A stretch of DNA of 64,000 nucleotides from Terriglobales bacterium (GTDB lineage Bacteria > Acidobacteriota > Terriglobia > Terriglobales > Acidobacteriaceae). Location of the stretch: the NCBI GenBank assembly GCA_035651995.1, contig DASRER010000008.1, forward strand, positions 4,065-68,064, written 5' to 3'. The notes beneath the pieces are model-generated. The model was not told the DNA's origin. It ran no database searches and worked only from the letters and a program-made list of their open reading frames with translations. The first letter of the stretch is position 1; each line of letters begins with the position of its first letter. A program made the translations under genes and the position numbers. Below, one piece after another: positions 38,064 to 47,057 of this stretch.

Positions 38064-38306
38064 TACTCCTTCCGGCCCCACGCGACGACGTGCGGCGCAA
38101 TGATGCTCGGCGCTCCGGTCGGCGCAGCCTCACGGCGAAGCCGCCGGCCGAGTGTCTCGATCCGCACTTCTTCGGCGGCCGCCACTCCGTGCTCGACGAT
38201 CTTGGGCAGCACTCGGCTCGAAGAGCTGAGCCTGGCGCATCAGGCGCTCGTACTCGATGGGCGTGCGTCCAAGAGCGTATTCGATCGGGTTGTGCGCCGC
38301 GTTCAC
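38064..38306 (-). pseudogene. remnant of a class I SAM-methyltransferase-like gene (N- and C-terminal ends only, frame-shifted, core deleted)
   Basis: On the minus strand one frame reads VNAAHNPIEYALGRTPIEYERLMRQAQLFEP. A second frame reads LPKIVEHGVAAAEEVRIETLGRRLREEAAPTGAPSIIAPHVVAWGRKE*. The roughly 200-aa Rossmann core that normally lies between such ends is absent. Confidence 0.4.
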
Positions 38307-38657
38307 TTATCCACCCAGCCTTCCCAGTGCAACCCCCTCCATGAAAGGCGAACGGGGAACGTGAAACGCCGTTTTCCACCACGTATTCCACTGTCGGCGA
38401 TGCACTTAGCTTCTCATAACCCGGCATTATGGCCGACATAAAAACGTTTGATTTCACAATCCGGCACCGAGCGGTTATGGTCAATTCTGTGCTCCTGCGG
38501 TTGGAATCCGCCGGCGCACATCCTCAGCGTGCTTCCATGAAATTTGGCGGGCGCGGCAACGGCGGCAACCGGTATTGGTGTTTGCGGCGATGTCGGCCCA
38601 GTGACCACCAGCCTGGCGAGTGTGAGCTTGCGGGCAAACCTTCAAGGAGAGCTTTAC

Positions 38658-40070
38658 ATGGCTGATCCGAAACAGGTAATGGAGTTTGTGAAGAAGAACG
38701 GGGTCAAGCTCCTCGATCTGCGCTTCACCGACCTGCCCGGCATCTGGCACCACGTTTCGTTCCCGATTGACCAGTTCAGCGAGTCGTCGTTCGAAGACGG
38801 CTTCGGCATGGACGGCTCGTCCATCCGCGGCTGGGCCGCCATCCACGAGAGCGACATGCTGCTCATCCCCGACCCGGCATGGTTCATGCTCGATCCGTTC
38901 ACCGAGGTGCCCACGCTGGTGATGGTCGCCGACGTGATTGACCCGGTCACCAAGCAGCGCTACGACCGTGACCCGCGCTACATCGCCAAGAAGGCCGAGA
39001 TGTACCTGAGCTCGACCGGCCTGGCCGACACGGCCTACTTCGGCGCCGAGGCCGAGTTCTTCATCTTCGACAACGTCCGCTTCGACCAGAACGTGAACGA
39101 GGGCTTCTATCACATTGACGCGGAAGAGGGCCGCTGGAACTCGGGCCGCTCCGACAACAACCTCGGCTATCGCCCGCGCTACAAAGAAGGCTACTTCCCG
39201 GTGCCGCCGACCGACCACTACCAGGACCTGCGCACCGAGATGACCTTGACCATGCAGAACTGCGGGCTCGAGGTCGAGTGCCACCACCATGAAGTGGCCA
39301 CCGGCGGCCAGACCGAGATCGACCTGAAGTTCAATTCGCTGGTCCGCTCGGCCGACAACATGCTTCTGTACAAGTACATCGTGAAGAACGTCGCCAACCA
39401 GTACGGCAAGACGGTGACGTTCATGCCCAAGCCCCTCTTCCAGGACAACGGCAGCGGCATGCACACGCACCAATCGCTGTGGAAGGGCGGCAAACCGCTC
39501 TTCGCCGGCGACGGCTATGCCGGGCTTTCACAATTGGCGTTGTGGTACATCGGCGGACTGATCAAGCACGGGCCGGCGCTGGCCGCGATCATCGCGCCGA
39601 CCACCAACAGCTACAAGCGCCTGGTGCCGGGCTTCGAGGCGCCGGTGAACCTGGCGTACTCGCGGCGCAATCGCTCGGCGGCATGCCGCATCCCGATGTA
39701 TTCGGCGTCACCCAAGGCCAAACGTGTGGAGTTCCGCCCGCCTGACCCGAGCTGCAACCCGTACATGGCGTTCGCGGCGATGATGATGGCGGGACTGGAC
39801 GGCATCGAGAACAAGCTCGATCCCGGCCAGCCGCTCGACAAGGACATCTACGATCTGGGCCCCGAGGAGCTGGCGAAAGTCCCCTCGATGCCCGGATCGC
39901 TGGAGTCGGCGCTCGACCACCTGGAGAAAGACCACGCCTTCCTGCTCAAGGGCGACGTGTTCACCGAGGAGCTGCTGAACACCTACATCGACTACAAGCG
40001 CTCGAAGGAAGTGGACGCGGTCCGTCTGCGCCCGCATCCCTACGAGTTCGCCCTGTATTACGACATCTAG
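38658..40070 (+). CDS. glnA: glutamine synthetase type I
   Basis: The likely start is ATG 38658, after [49 protein letters not shown] and [13 protein letters not shown]. Confidence 0.95.
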   Translation: MADPKQVMEFVKKNGVKLLDLRFTDLPGIWHHVSFPIDQFSESSFEDGFGMDGSSIRGWAAIHESDMLLIPDPAWFMLDPFTEVPTLVMVADVIDPVTKQRYDRDPRYIAKKAEMYLSSTGLADTAYFGAEAEFFIFDNVRFDQNVNEGFYHIDAEEGRWNSGRSDNNLGYRPRYKEGYFPVPPTDHYQDLRTEMTLTMQNCGLEVECHHHEVATGGQTEIDLKFNSLVRSADNMLLYKYIVKNVANQYGKTVTFMPKPLFQDNGSGMHTHQSLWKGGKPLFAGDGYAGLSQLALWYIGGLIKHGPALAAIIAPTTNSYKRLVPGFEAPVNLAYSRRNRSAACRIPMYSASPKAKRVEFRPPDPSCNPYMAFAAMMMAGLDGIENKLDPGQPLDKDIYDLGPEELAKVPSMPGSLESALDHLEKDHAFLLKGDVFTEELLNTYIDYKRSKEVDAVRLRPHPYEFALYYDI

Positions 40071-40083
40071 TCGGTGTGCGCAG

Positions 40084-40170
40084 GCCCGGACGTTCCGTCC
40101 GGGCGCCGGGCGGAAGCCCGGCGCACACCAGCAGATGGAGCCCGGCCGCCCTCGGCCGGGCTTTTCTTTC
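40084..40170 (+). terminator. three consecutive 9-bp GC hairpins after glnA, the last with a U-tract (intrinsic terminator)
   Basis: H1 is GCCCGGACG-TTC-CGTCCGGGC (40084-40104). H2 is GCGCCGGGC-GGAA-GCCCGGCGC (40103-40124). H3 is GCCCGGCCG-CCCT-CGGCCGGGC (40140-40161), followed by TTTTCTTTC. Confidence 0.6.
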
Positions 40171-40197
40171 AACGAAAATGTGCGCGCGAACGGCCGT

Positions 40198-40416
40198 CTA
40201 CGCGGACTTTTTCCCGAACACGCCGCCGAGCTTCTCCTTCATGCCTTCCACCGCCCCGGCTTCGCCGCCCTGGCCGGCAATGTGGTTCTCCAACTGGCTT
40301 GCCACCGGCGCGGGCAGGCGCTGCTTGAGGAACTCGATAACGGTTTGCGCGGCCGAGCTTGCCTGGCTGTCGTTCAATCCCACGCGCGACTTGAGTTGCT
40401 CAATCAATTCATTCAT
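40198..40416 (-). CDS. small conserved hypothetical protein (72 aa)
   Basis: A strong SD (AAGGAGG) lies 6 nt upstream of the ATG. MNELIEQLKSRVGLNDSQASSAAQTVIEFLKQRLP...LGGVFGKK resembles a widespread small helical protein family. Confidence 0.6.
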   Translation of the reverse strand: MNELIEQLKSRVGLNDSQASSAAQTVIEFLKQRLPAPVASQLENHIAGQGGEAGAVEGMKEKLGGVFGKKSA

Positions 40417-40837
40417 AGCTGGCCTCCTTAGCCATCAGCGTTCGGATGCAAATCGGGGCCGCGAGGTGCTCCGGGGCGCGTGAGCTGACGCTTCGTCTCG
40501 ACGACGTCTTCCAGTACTCAGATTGCGCAGCGGCGCAGTGCGGCAGGCAAGCGGCTCAGAGCATAGAATGGCCGATGCATGTCGCTCTATTTCTTCCGGT
40601 TGCGTCTTTCCGAAGCGCGCCAGCGCTGGTTGGCGCGTGTTCGTGCGTGGCTGCGCCGGCGTCGGGCGAGTCCGCCGCCCGATCCTTATGCCGACGTGCT
40701 CGCGCCGCTGCGCCGCGGACCGCGTCCGCGGAGTGGAGCGGCCGCCGTCGCCGAGCCGGATGAATTCGAGCCCTGAGCCGGGACGCGGCGCGGGTGCATC
40801 CATTGGTTGGTAGCCGACTCGGTAGGAAGGGAACTCA

Positions 40838-41098
40838 ATGGCCGAAACCTGCACTCATCTCGACCAGATCAAGAAGGTCACGCCGTCCGCCAAGGGCTGC
40901 GAGGACTGTTTGAAGATTGGCGACACCTGGGTCCATCTGCGCTTGTGCCTGAGCTGCGGACACGTGGGCTGCTGCGACTCATCGAAGAACAAGCACGCCA
41001 CCCAACACTTCCATCACTCCAAGCACCCCATCATCCAGTCGTTTGAGCCCGGCGAGAACTGGCGCTGGTGCTACGTGGACGAGCTGTTCATGGAGTAA
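40838..41098 (+). CDS. UBP-type zinc-finger protein
   Basis: 86 aa. CTHLD...CEDCLKIGDTWVHLRLCLSCGHVGCCDSSKNKHATQHFHHSKHP matches the Cys/His pattern of zf-UBP. Confidence 0.8.
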   Translation: MAETCTHLDQIKKVTPSAKGCEDCLKIGDTWVHLRLCLSCGHVGCCDSSKNKHATQHFHHSKHPIIQSFEPGENWRWCYVDELFME

Positions 41099-41219
41099 TG
41101 GCTTGTTCACCGCAGAGACCCAGAACTTGGTGATTTGGCGAATTCGTGACCTGGCGACTTGGCTGATGCGGGCGTGGTCGTTGTATCTGAAAACACCAAA
41201 TCGCTAAACCACCAAATCG

Positions 41220-42158
41220 CTAGATGCCTGAACGTTCCAGCGCGGCCCGGTCCCACTTCCCAAGGCCGGCGGCGGCTTCGTAGGTCTTCTGGCAGAAGTC
41301 GAGCAGCATGCCGCGCGGGTCGGCGGCGTTGCGGACGTCTTCGTACATCAGCAGGTACTCGTTCAGGTCTGAGCTGTAGAAGCCGGGCGAGTTCACGGCC
41401 GTCTTGAAGCCATCCGGCTCGGGCGCGGCGTAGGCGTAGAAGGCTGCGTCTTTTACGGGGCCGCCGCCGGGCCACCATCCAACGCTGGCGCACTCGTGCG
41501 AGTAGGCCTCGCGGGTGAGGAAGTCGGCGCCGGGGCGCTCGGGCGCGCGGCGTCCGCTGAAGCGCGTTACCGCCAGGTCGAAGCTGCCCCAGAAGAAATG
41601 CACCGGGCTGCATTTGCCGATGAAGCGTCCGCGAAACTCGTGCAGCACCGGCCAGCAGGCCAGCAAAACCTGCCAGAAGCAATGCGCCTGATCGGGTTCG
41701 TAGCTGGCGTGCTCCTCGTCGCGCTCGAAGGGAACCGGGTCGGGAACTTCCTGCGGCATCGTCCGGATGTTGACGTTCACTCCCAGCGCGCGCAGCGTGC
41801 TCATGAACTCGCGATAGAAGTCGGCCACCGAACGGGCGTAGAGACGCATGGCGCGGCGCTCGCCACGGCTGCTGCGGAAGCGCAGCTTGTGCTCGGTGAA
41901 GTCGAACTCCATCTCGAAGCTGCCGCCGTGGTAGGGGATGGCGCTGCTGGTCAGGCCGCGCGAGGTCACGTAGAGCGCGCTGTGCCAGAAGTGGTTGACC
42001 GGGGGCGTGAGCTCGGTGCGCACCTTGCCGACCATCTGCGTCCACATGTGGAGCGTGGCGCGGGTCGGCTCCCACTCTGCCAGCGGGAGTGCCGGCCAGA
42101 GTTCGGGCACGGCCGAAGGAAGCGGAACACGCAGGGCGGACACAACGCCTCCGAACAA
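41220..42158 (-). CDS. conserved hypothetical protein (I recall this as the DUF5996 family; not verifiable here)
   Basis: 312 aa. WEPTRATLHMWTQMVGKVRTELTPPVNHFWHSALYVTSRGLTS... has a coherent non-repetitive composition, whereas the overlapping alternative frames are Arg/Ala-rich junk. Confidence 0.6.
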   Translation of the reverse strand: MFGGVVSALRVPLPSAVPELWPALPLAEWEPTRATLHMWTQMVGKVRTELTPPVNHFWHSALYVTSRGLTSSAIPYHGGSFEMEFDFTEHKLRFRSSRGERRAMRLYARSVADFYREFMSTLRALGVNVNIRTMPQEVPDPVPFERDEEHASYEPDQAHCFWQVLLACWPVLHEFRGRFIGKCSPVHFFWGSFDLAVTRFSGRRAPERPGADFLTREAYSHECASVGWWPGGGPVKDAAFYAYAAPEPDGFKTAVNSPGFYSSDLNEYLLMYEDVRNAADPRGMLLDFCQKTYEAAAGLGKWDRAALERSGI

Positions 42159-42292
42159 CCCGTGATTTTACAGGGAACCACGATCTCACGTGCGGAATGG
42201 CGCGCCAAAGGCCCGCTTTGGCGGATTTCGCTTTGTTGCTTGACGCCCTCACCATGCGGGGTGAGAATGCGCGCGCTGTTCAGGAGGATGAG

Positions 42293-42883
42293 ATGAGAAC
42301 CCGCCACTTCCGGCCATCCCTGGGTTGGGTCCTGCTGCTGTTCACGGCCCTGGTGAGCTGCCAGAAGGCGGAGACGCCTACTCAGGCGGCAGCCCCGGCG
42401 CCACCGCCACCGCCGCCACAAACATCGCAGGGGAAGCTGGTGCGTGCCGAGCTTTCACCGAAAACGAAAGTTCGCGTGATGTACCTGACGGTGAACGGGC
42501 TCAAGACAAGCACCGACGACAAAGAAGCCGCCAAGGGCAAGACGTGGGTGGTGCTGCACTTCGACGACAAGCCGCCGCTGGAGAAGAAGAAGTCCGACGG
42601 CGTGGTGAAGCTGAGCAGCAGCGGCGACCGCGGCCGCCTGGAGGCCAAGGACAACTCGGCGACCGACGAGCCCAATCTCTTTCTCACCGACGCAGCCGGC
42701 GCCAAGTACACCGACTGGTACTTCTTCCAGGAGAAGAACTCAAAATCAGCGCGCATTGCCTTCGAAGTTCCGCAAGGAGCCGGCGGGCTCGTGTTTCACG
42801 ACGGCGCCGACAAGGCATATCCGATTCAGCCGGTGGCCGCGGCCCCGGCGCCGGCCCCAGCGGCTGCCGGAAGCGCTAAGTAA
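42293..42883 (+). CDS. hypothetical lipoprotein / secreted protein with Pro/Ala-rich ends
   Basis: The likely start is ATG 42293, after AGGAGGA. MRTRHFRPSLGWVLLLFTALVSCQ has a lipobox-like LVSC. Confidence 0.6.
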   Translation: MRTRHFRPSLGWVLLLFTALVSCQKAETPTQAAAPAPPPPPPQTSQGKLVRAELSPKTKVRVMYLTVNGLKTSTDDKEAAKGKTWVVLHFDDKPPLEKKKSDGVVKLSSSGDRGRLEAKDNSATDEPNLFLTDAAGAKYTDWYFFQEKNSKSARIAFEVPQGAGGLVFHDGADKAYPIQPVAAAPAPAPAAAGSAK

Positions 42884-42893
42884 CGGCGCCCGA

Positions 42894-43430
42894 TCAACGA
42901 GCGGCGCGGCGCTCGGGCGACAGCCTGGTCAGGTAGTCCATGATCTCGGGTGTGGTCCAGTTCACCGGGCCGATGAATTTGCGCCGCATCACGCCCTCCG
43001 AGTCAATCACGTAGGTTTCCGGGAACTTGAAGGTGCCGTAGAGGGTGTTGCTGGCCTGGCGCGGGTCGCGGACGGTGAGCAGGTCGATGTTGTACTTCGT
43101 GAGGAAATTGCGATAGGCGTCGGCGTCCTCGTCGGTGCTGACGGCGAGCACCACCACGCCCTTGTCGCGCAACTGCCGCTGCATGGCCATCAGCGATGGC
43201 ATTTCTTCGATGCACGGCGGACACCACGTCGCCCAAAAATTCAGAACCACCGTTTTGCCGCGAAGACCGCTGAGCGACACGCTTCGCTGCTGATCATTGA
43301 CCGTGAAATCGGGCGCGGGGGAGCCGATCTTGGGCGGGGCCGTGCCGCGATCGCAGGCGGAAGCGAGCAACAGAAGCGCGATTGCGGCAGCCACACGGCG
43401 CACAAACGTATAATAACAACTTCGCCTCAT
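42894..43430 (-). CDS. TlpA/ResA-like thiol:disulfide oxidoreductase (thioredoxin fold)
   Basis: The ORF opens at 43778. The likely start is ATG 43430 or GTG 43403 (MRRVAAAIALLLLASAC). VVLNFWATWCPPCIEEMP carries the redox motif. Confidence 0.8.
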   Translation of the reverse strand: MRRSCYYTFVRRVAAAIALLLLASACDRGTAPPKIGSPAPDFTVNDQQRSVSLSGLRGKTVVLNFWATWCPPCIEEMPSLMAMQRQLRDKGVVVLAVSTDEDADAYRNFLTKYNIDLLTVRDPRQASNTLYGTFKFPETYVIDSEGVMRRKFIGPVNWTTPEIMDYLTRLSPERRAAR

Positions 43431-44592
43431 GCCGCCGCAGCCGCCAGGACCGCCTGCATCGCGCCGCAAGCAGCCGTCGTCCGCGGCAGAAGATGCGGCG
43501 GCGCCGCTGGTTTCGGTGGTCGTGCCGGCGCGCAATGAGGAAATCTCGATCGGCGAGTGCCTGGCATCACTAACGGACCAGAATGGCGTTTCCTGCGAGA
43601 TCATTGTGGTGGATGACGATTCGAGCGACGCGACGGGGGAGGTCGCGCGTTCGTTCCCGGGCGTGAAAGTGATCGCGGCCGGGCCGCTGCCGGCCGGCTG
43701 GAGCGGCAAGTCGAACGCCTGCGCCACCGGCGCACGGCAAGCGCGCGGCAAGTGGCTGCTGTTCACCGACGCTGACACGGTTCACCTGCCTGGTTCGCTG
43801 GCGCGCGCCGTGGCCGAAGCGGAGAATTGCGGCGCCGATTTGCTGTCTTACTCGCCGGAGCAGGTGACCGACACGGTGTGGGGGCAGGCGGTGATGCCGG
43901 TGATCTTTGCCGAGCTGGCGGGGACCTATCGTCCGCGCGAGGTTTCGGACCCGGCATCTGCCGCGGCCGCGGCCAATGGGCAGTATTTGCTGATCACGCG
44001 TGAAGCCTACGACGCAGTGGGCGGGCACGCCGCCGCAGCGACGACGCTTCTGGAAGACGTGGAGCTGGCGCGCCGCGTGAAGCGCAGCGGCCGCCATTTG
44101 CAATTCCGCTTCGGCGGCGATGCGGTGCGCACGCGCATGTACCGCAGCTTTGAGCAACTGCGCGAGGGCTGGACGAAGAACCTGGCGCTGCTGTTTCCCG
44201 AGGCCGAAGAACTGGCCGCGCGCCGCGGACTGGAGTTTGCCGCCATCGTGGGCGGCGCGGCCGTCGGCGCATGGGCGGCCGCCAGCGGACGCCGCGGCCT
44301 GGCCATCGCCTCAGGCGCGCTTGCGGCCGCAGCTTACGGCAACTTTCGCCGGCGCATCCACCGTGCCCATGCCGGCGGCCGCGCCGAAACGCTGGCGCTG
44401 CTGGGGCTGCCGCTGTTTGCGTATCTCCTGCGGCGGTCGGCGCAACGCTACGCCGGCGAGGGCGAGGTTACCTGGAAGGGAAGAAGTTACTCCGCACAAA
44501 CGGCGGAAAGACTCACCGCCGGTGAAGGCGGGTTCCGCGGACCAATTCACGAAGCCGCGGGCCCGCCGAACTCATCGGTCATGAGTGACTGA
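43429..44592 (+). CDS. family 2 glycosyltransferase with C-terminal membrane segments
   Basis: 387 aa. VSVVVPARNEEISIGECLASL, IIVVDDDSSD, LLFTDADT, and hydrophobic C-terminal helices. The start is uncertain; an internal GTG before VVPARNE is possible. Confidence 0.75.
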   Translation: MPPQPPGPPASRRKQPSSAAEDAAAPLVSVVVPARNEEISIGECLASLTDQNGVSCEIIVVDDDSSDATGEVARSFPGVKVIAAGPLPAGWSGKSNACATGARQARGKWLLFTDADTVHLPGSLARAVAEAENCGADLLSYSPEQVTDTVWGQAVMPVIFAELAGTYRPREVSDPASAAAAANGQYLLITREAYDAVGGHAAAATTLLEDVELARRVKRSGRHLQFRFGGDAVRTRMYRSFEQLREGWTKNLALLFPEAEELAARRGLEFAAIVGGAAVGAWAAASGRRGLAIASGALAAAAYGNFRRRIHRAHAGGRAETLALLGLPLFAYLLRRSAQRYAGEGEVTWKGRSYSAQTAERLTAGEGGFRGPIHEAAGPPNSSVMSD

Positions 44593-45034
44593 AATCCGCT
44601 CGAGTGTCTGGAACGTACTCAATATGGTGTATCTCACGCGCAAAGCCGAGTTCTCCGCGTCGCACTACTATCACAACCCGGAATTTTCGCCGGAAGAGAA
44701 CCGCCGCGTCTTCGGTAAGTGCAATAACCCCAACGGACACGGCCACAACTACACGCTCGAGGTCACGGTCAAGGGCGAGGTGGACCGCCGCTCCGGGTTT
44801 GTCGTGGACCTGAAGGAGCTGAAGGAAATCCTGAACCGCGAAGTCATTGACGCGCTCGACCATCGCTTCCTGAACAAGGAAGTTGCCGAGTTCCAGCACG
44901 CGATCCCGACCACGGAGAACCTGGCGATCGCCATCTGGAAGCGGCTGGCGACGAAGTTACGCCGCGCGCAACTGCATCGGGTGCGCGTGTACGAGACGCC
45001 CGACCTGTTCGTGGACTTCTTTGGGGAAAGTTGA
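44585..45034 (+). CDS. 6-pyruvoyl-tetrahydropterin synthase family protein, copy 1
   Basis: AEFSASHYYH...GKCNNPNGHGHNYTLEVTV...DLKELK...LDHRFLN. The C-x5-HGH spacing is as in mammalian-type PTPS. Alternative start ATG 44624. Confidence 0.8.
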   Translation: MTEIRSSVWNVLNMVYLTRKAEFSASHYYHNPEFSPEENRRVFGKCNNPNGHGHNYTLEVTVKGEVDRRSGFVVDLKELKEILNREVIDALDHRFLNKEVAEFQHAIPTTENLAIAIWKRLATKLRRAQLHRVRVYETPDLFVDFFGES

Positions 45035-45047
45035 ATCGGGGAGAAGC

Positions 45048-45470
45048 ATGAAGGCGCACCTGACACGGCGTTATCTGTTTTCCGCGTCGCACCGGCTGCA
45101 TAGCCCGGAGATGAGCGAGGCGGAAAACCGCGCGACCTACGGAAAATGCAATAACCCATTCGGGCACGGGCACAACTACAAGGTTGAGGTCACCGTGGCC
45201 GGGCAGGTCGATCCCAGGACCGGGATGGTCTGCGACCTCGCCGACCTTGACGCCGCCGTGCAGCGCGAAGTGCTGGACCGCTACGATCTGGAGAACCTGA
45301 ACACGCTGCCCGAGTTCCAGCGGCAGGTGCCGACCACGGAAAACCTGTGCGTGGCGATTTACGATGCGCTGCGGAGCAACTTCAAGCCGGCGCAGGTACA
45401 GCGCGTGCGGATCGAAGAGACCATGTTGAACTCGTTTGAGTACGCCGGCGGCGCGGAATTGCCGCGGTGA
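45048..45470 (+). CDS. 6-pyruvoyl-tetrahydropterin synthase family protein, copy 2
   Basis: 140 aa starting at ATG 45048. YLFSASHRLH...GKCNNPFGHGHNYKVEVTV...CDLADLD. Confidence 0.8.
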   Translation: MKAHLTRRYLFSASHRLHSPEMSEAENRATYGKCNNPFGHGHNYKVEVTVAGQVDPRTGMVCDLADLDAAVQREVLDRYDLENLNTLPEFQRQVPTTENLCVAIYDALRSNFKPAQVQRVRIEETMLNSFEYAGGAELPR

Positions 45471-45520
45471 AAATTGCATCATCTGCGGCGCCTGGGCATC
45501 CTGTAGGCTGAGAGAAGACG

Positions 45521-46120
45521 ATGAAGGAAACCCGCGAACCCGCCACGCTGACCTCGGCTTCCACCGACGAACTGCTGCGCGAACTGCTGGTGCGGCTGGG
45601 CGAAGACCCCGAGCGCGATGGACTGCGCCGCACGCCCGAGCGCATGGCCGCGGCGCTGAAGTATCTGACGCGCGGCTACCAGGAAGATCCGCAGAAAGTG
45701 CTGAACAACGCGCTGTTCAAGGTGTGCTACGACGAGATGGTCATCGTGAAAGACATCGAGATGTTTTCCATGTGCGAGCACCATCTGCTGCCGTTTTTCG
45801 GGAAAGTGCACGTGGCGTACATTCCCAACGGGAGAGTTATCGGCCTGAGCAAGCTGCCGCGGCTGGTGGACGTCTTCTCGCGCCGTCTACAGGTGCAGGA
45901 GCGGCTGACGAAGCAGATCGCGGAAACCATCCAGAAAGCGATCGAGCCGCAGGGTGTTGGCGTCGTGATCGAAGCGCGGCACCTGTGCATGATGATGCGC
46001 GGGGTGGAGAAGCAGCACTCGTCGGCGGTGACGTCGAGCATGCTGGGCTGCTTCCGCGACGAGCAGGAAACGCGCCAGGAATTTCTCTCCCTGATCCGCG
46101 CCAAGTCGAATGGCATCTAA
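45521..46120 (+). CDS. folE: GTP cyclohydrolase I
   Basis: 199 aa. [58 protein letters not shown] and HLCMMMRGV. Confidence 0.9.
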   Translation: MKETREPATLTSASTDELLRELLVRLGEDPERDGLRRTPERMAAALKYLTRGYQEDPQKVLNNALFKVCYDEMVIVKDIEMFSMCEHHLLPFFGKVHVAYIPNGRVIGLSKLPRLVDVFSRRLQVQERLTKQIAETIQKAIEPQGVGVVIEARHLCMMMRGVEKQHSSAVTSSMLGCFRDEQETRQEFLSLIRAKSNGI

Positions 46121-46856
46121 GCGCGCCGGAAAAAACCAGGCCGGGCGGCTCGCCGGAAAAGTGGCGGTCGTGACCGGCGCCAGCCGCGGCATCGGACTGG
46201 CCATCGCGCAGGCGCTGGCGGCCGAGGGCTGCGCACTGGCAGTTTCCAGCCGCAATCCCAAGTCACTCGCAGCAGCTTCGAAGCGAATTCACGGCGGGCG
46301 CCTTCTCACTCTGGCATGCGACGTCCGCGCGGCGGGATCGGTGGATGCGTTCTTCGCCGCCGTGCGCCGCGAATTCGGACGCGTCGACATCATGGTGAAC
46401 AACGCAGGCATCGCCCACACGATGAAGCCCGTGGAGGAGCTCTCGGTCGACGCCTGGCAGGACGTGATCGCCACCAACCTGACCGGGACGTTTCTGTGCA
46501 CGCGCGCGGCGCTGCCGCTGATGCGCGCCGGCGGCGTGATCGTGAACAACCTGTCGATCGCCGCGGGCACCGTGTTTGCCGGCCTTTCGGCCTACGACGC
46601 CTCCAAGCACGGCGCGCTCGGCTTCACCAATACACTTCGCGAGGAGCTGCGCGGGCGCGGCATTCGCGTGCTCGCGCTGATCACCGGCGCGACCGACACC
46701 GATATCTGGCAGCAGTTCATGCCCGAAGCCGACCGCAAGACGATGATGCGGCCCGCCGCCATCGCGGCCATGGTGGTGGAGGCGATTGCCCTTCCGCCTG
46801 ACGCCCCGGTCGAAGAAATCCGCATGATGCCGCCCCGTGGGACGAACCGTAACTGA
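46110..46856 (+). CDS. short-chain dehydrogenase/reductase (candidate sepiapterin/pteridine reductase)
   Basis: 248 aa. [18 protein letters not shown] and YDASKHG (YxxxK). It overlaps the folE stop by 11 nt. Confidence 0.85.
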   Translation: MASKRAGKNQAGRLAGKVAVVTGASRGIGLAIAQALAAEGCALAVSSRNPKSLAAASKRIHGGRLLTLACDVRAAGSVDAFFAAVRREFGRVDIMVNNAGIAHTMKPVEELSVDAWQDVIATNLTGTFLCTRAALPLMRAGGVIVNNLSIAAGTVFAGLSAYDASKHGALGFTNTLREELRGRGIRVLALITGATDTDIWQQFMPEADRKTMMRPAAIAAMVVEAIALPPDAPVEEIRMMPPRGTNRN

Positions 46857-47057
46857 CATCCGTTGCGTCCTTAGTGTCCCTTTGTGTTTTTGCCGGTTGG
46901 CCGGTTGTTTTGCCTCGCGCACGAAGTCCCGCGGCCCTCGTTCTAAGGTAACCACCTCACAGGCTGCGAGTCCGTTCCCCGAGGGTGGGGTTTGCGCTAC
47001 AGTAATGCAGCAGCAACGGCAAAGAACGGCATCTGAAAGGGCAGGAGCAATCACTCT

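Noticed and set aside
38400-38657. Sigma-54 (TGGCAC-N5-TTGC) promoter or NtrC sites upstream of glnA
   Set aside because: The best candidate, TGGTATTGGTGTTTGCG (about 38572-38588), has the wrong GG-to-GC spacing by one nucleotide and a poor -24 element. No convincing palindromic NtrC site was seen.
40579-40776. 65-aa Arg-rich ORF (MSLYFFRLRLSEARQRWLARV...) in the 420-bp spacer upstream of the zf-UBP gene
   Set aside because: It has no Shine-Dalgarno sequence, no recognisable domain, and a composition similar to shadow ORFs. The evidence is insufficient to call a gene.
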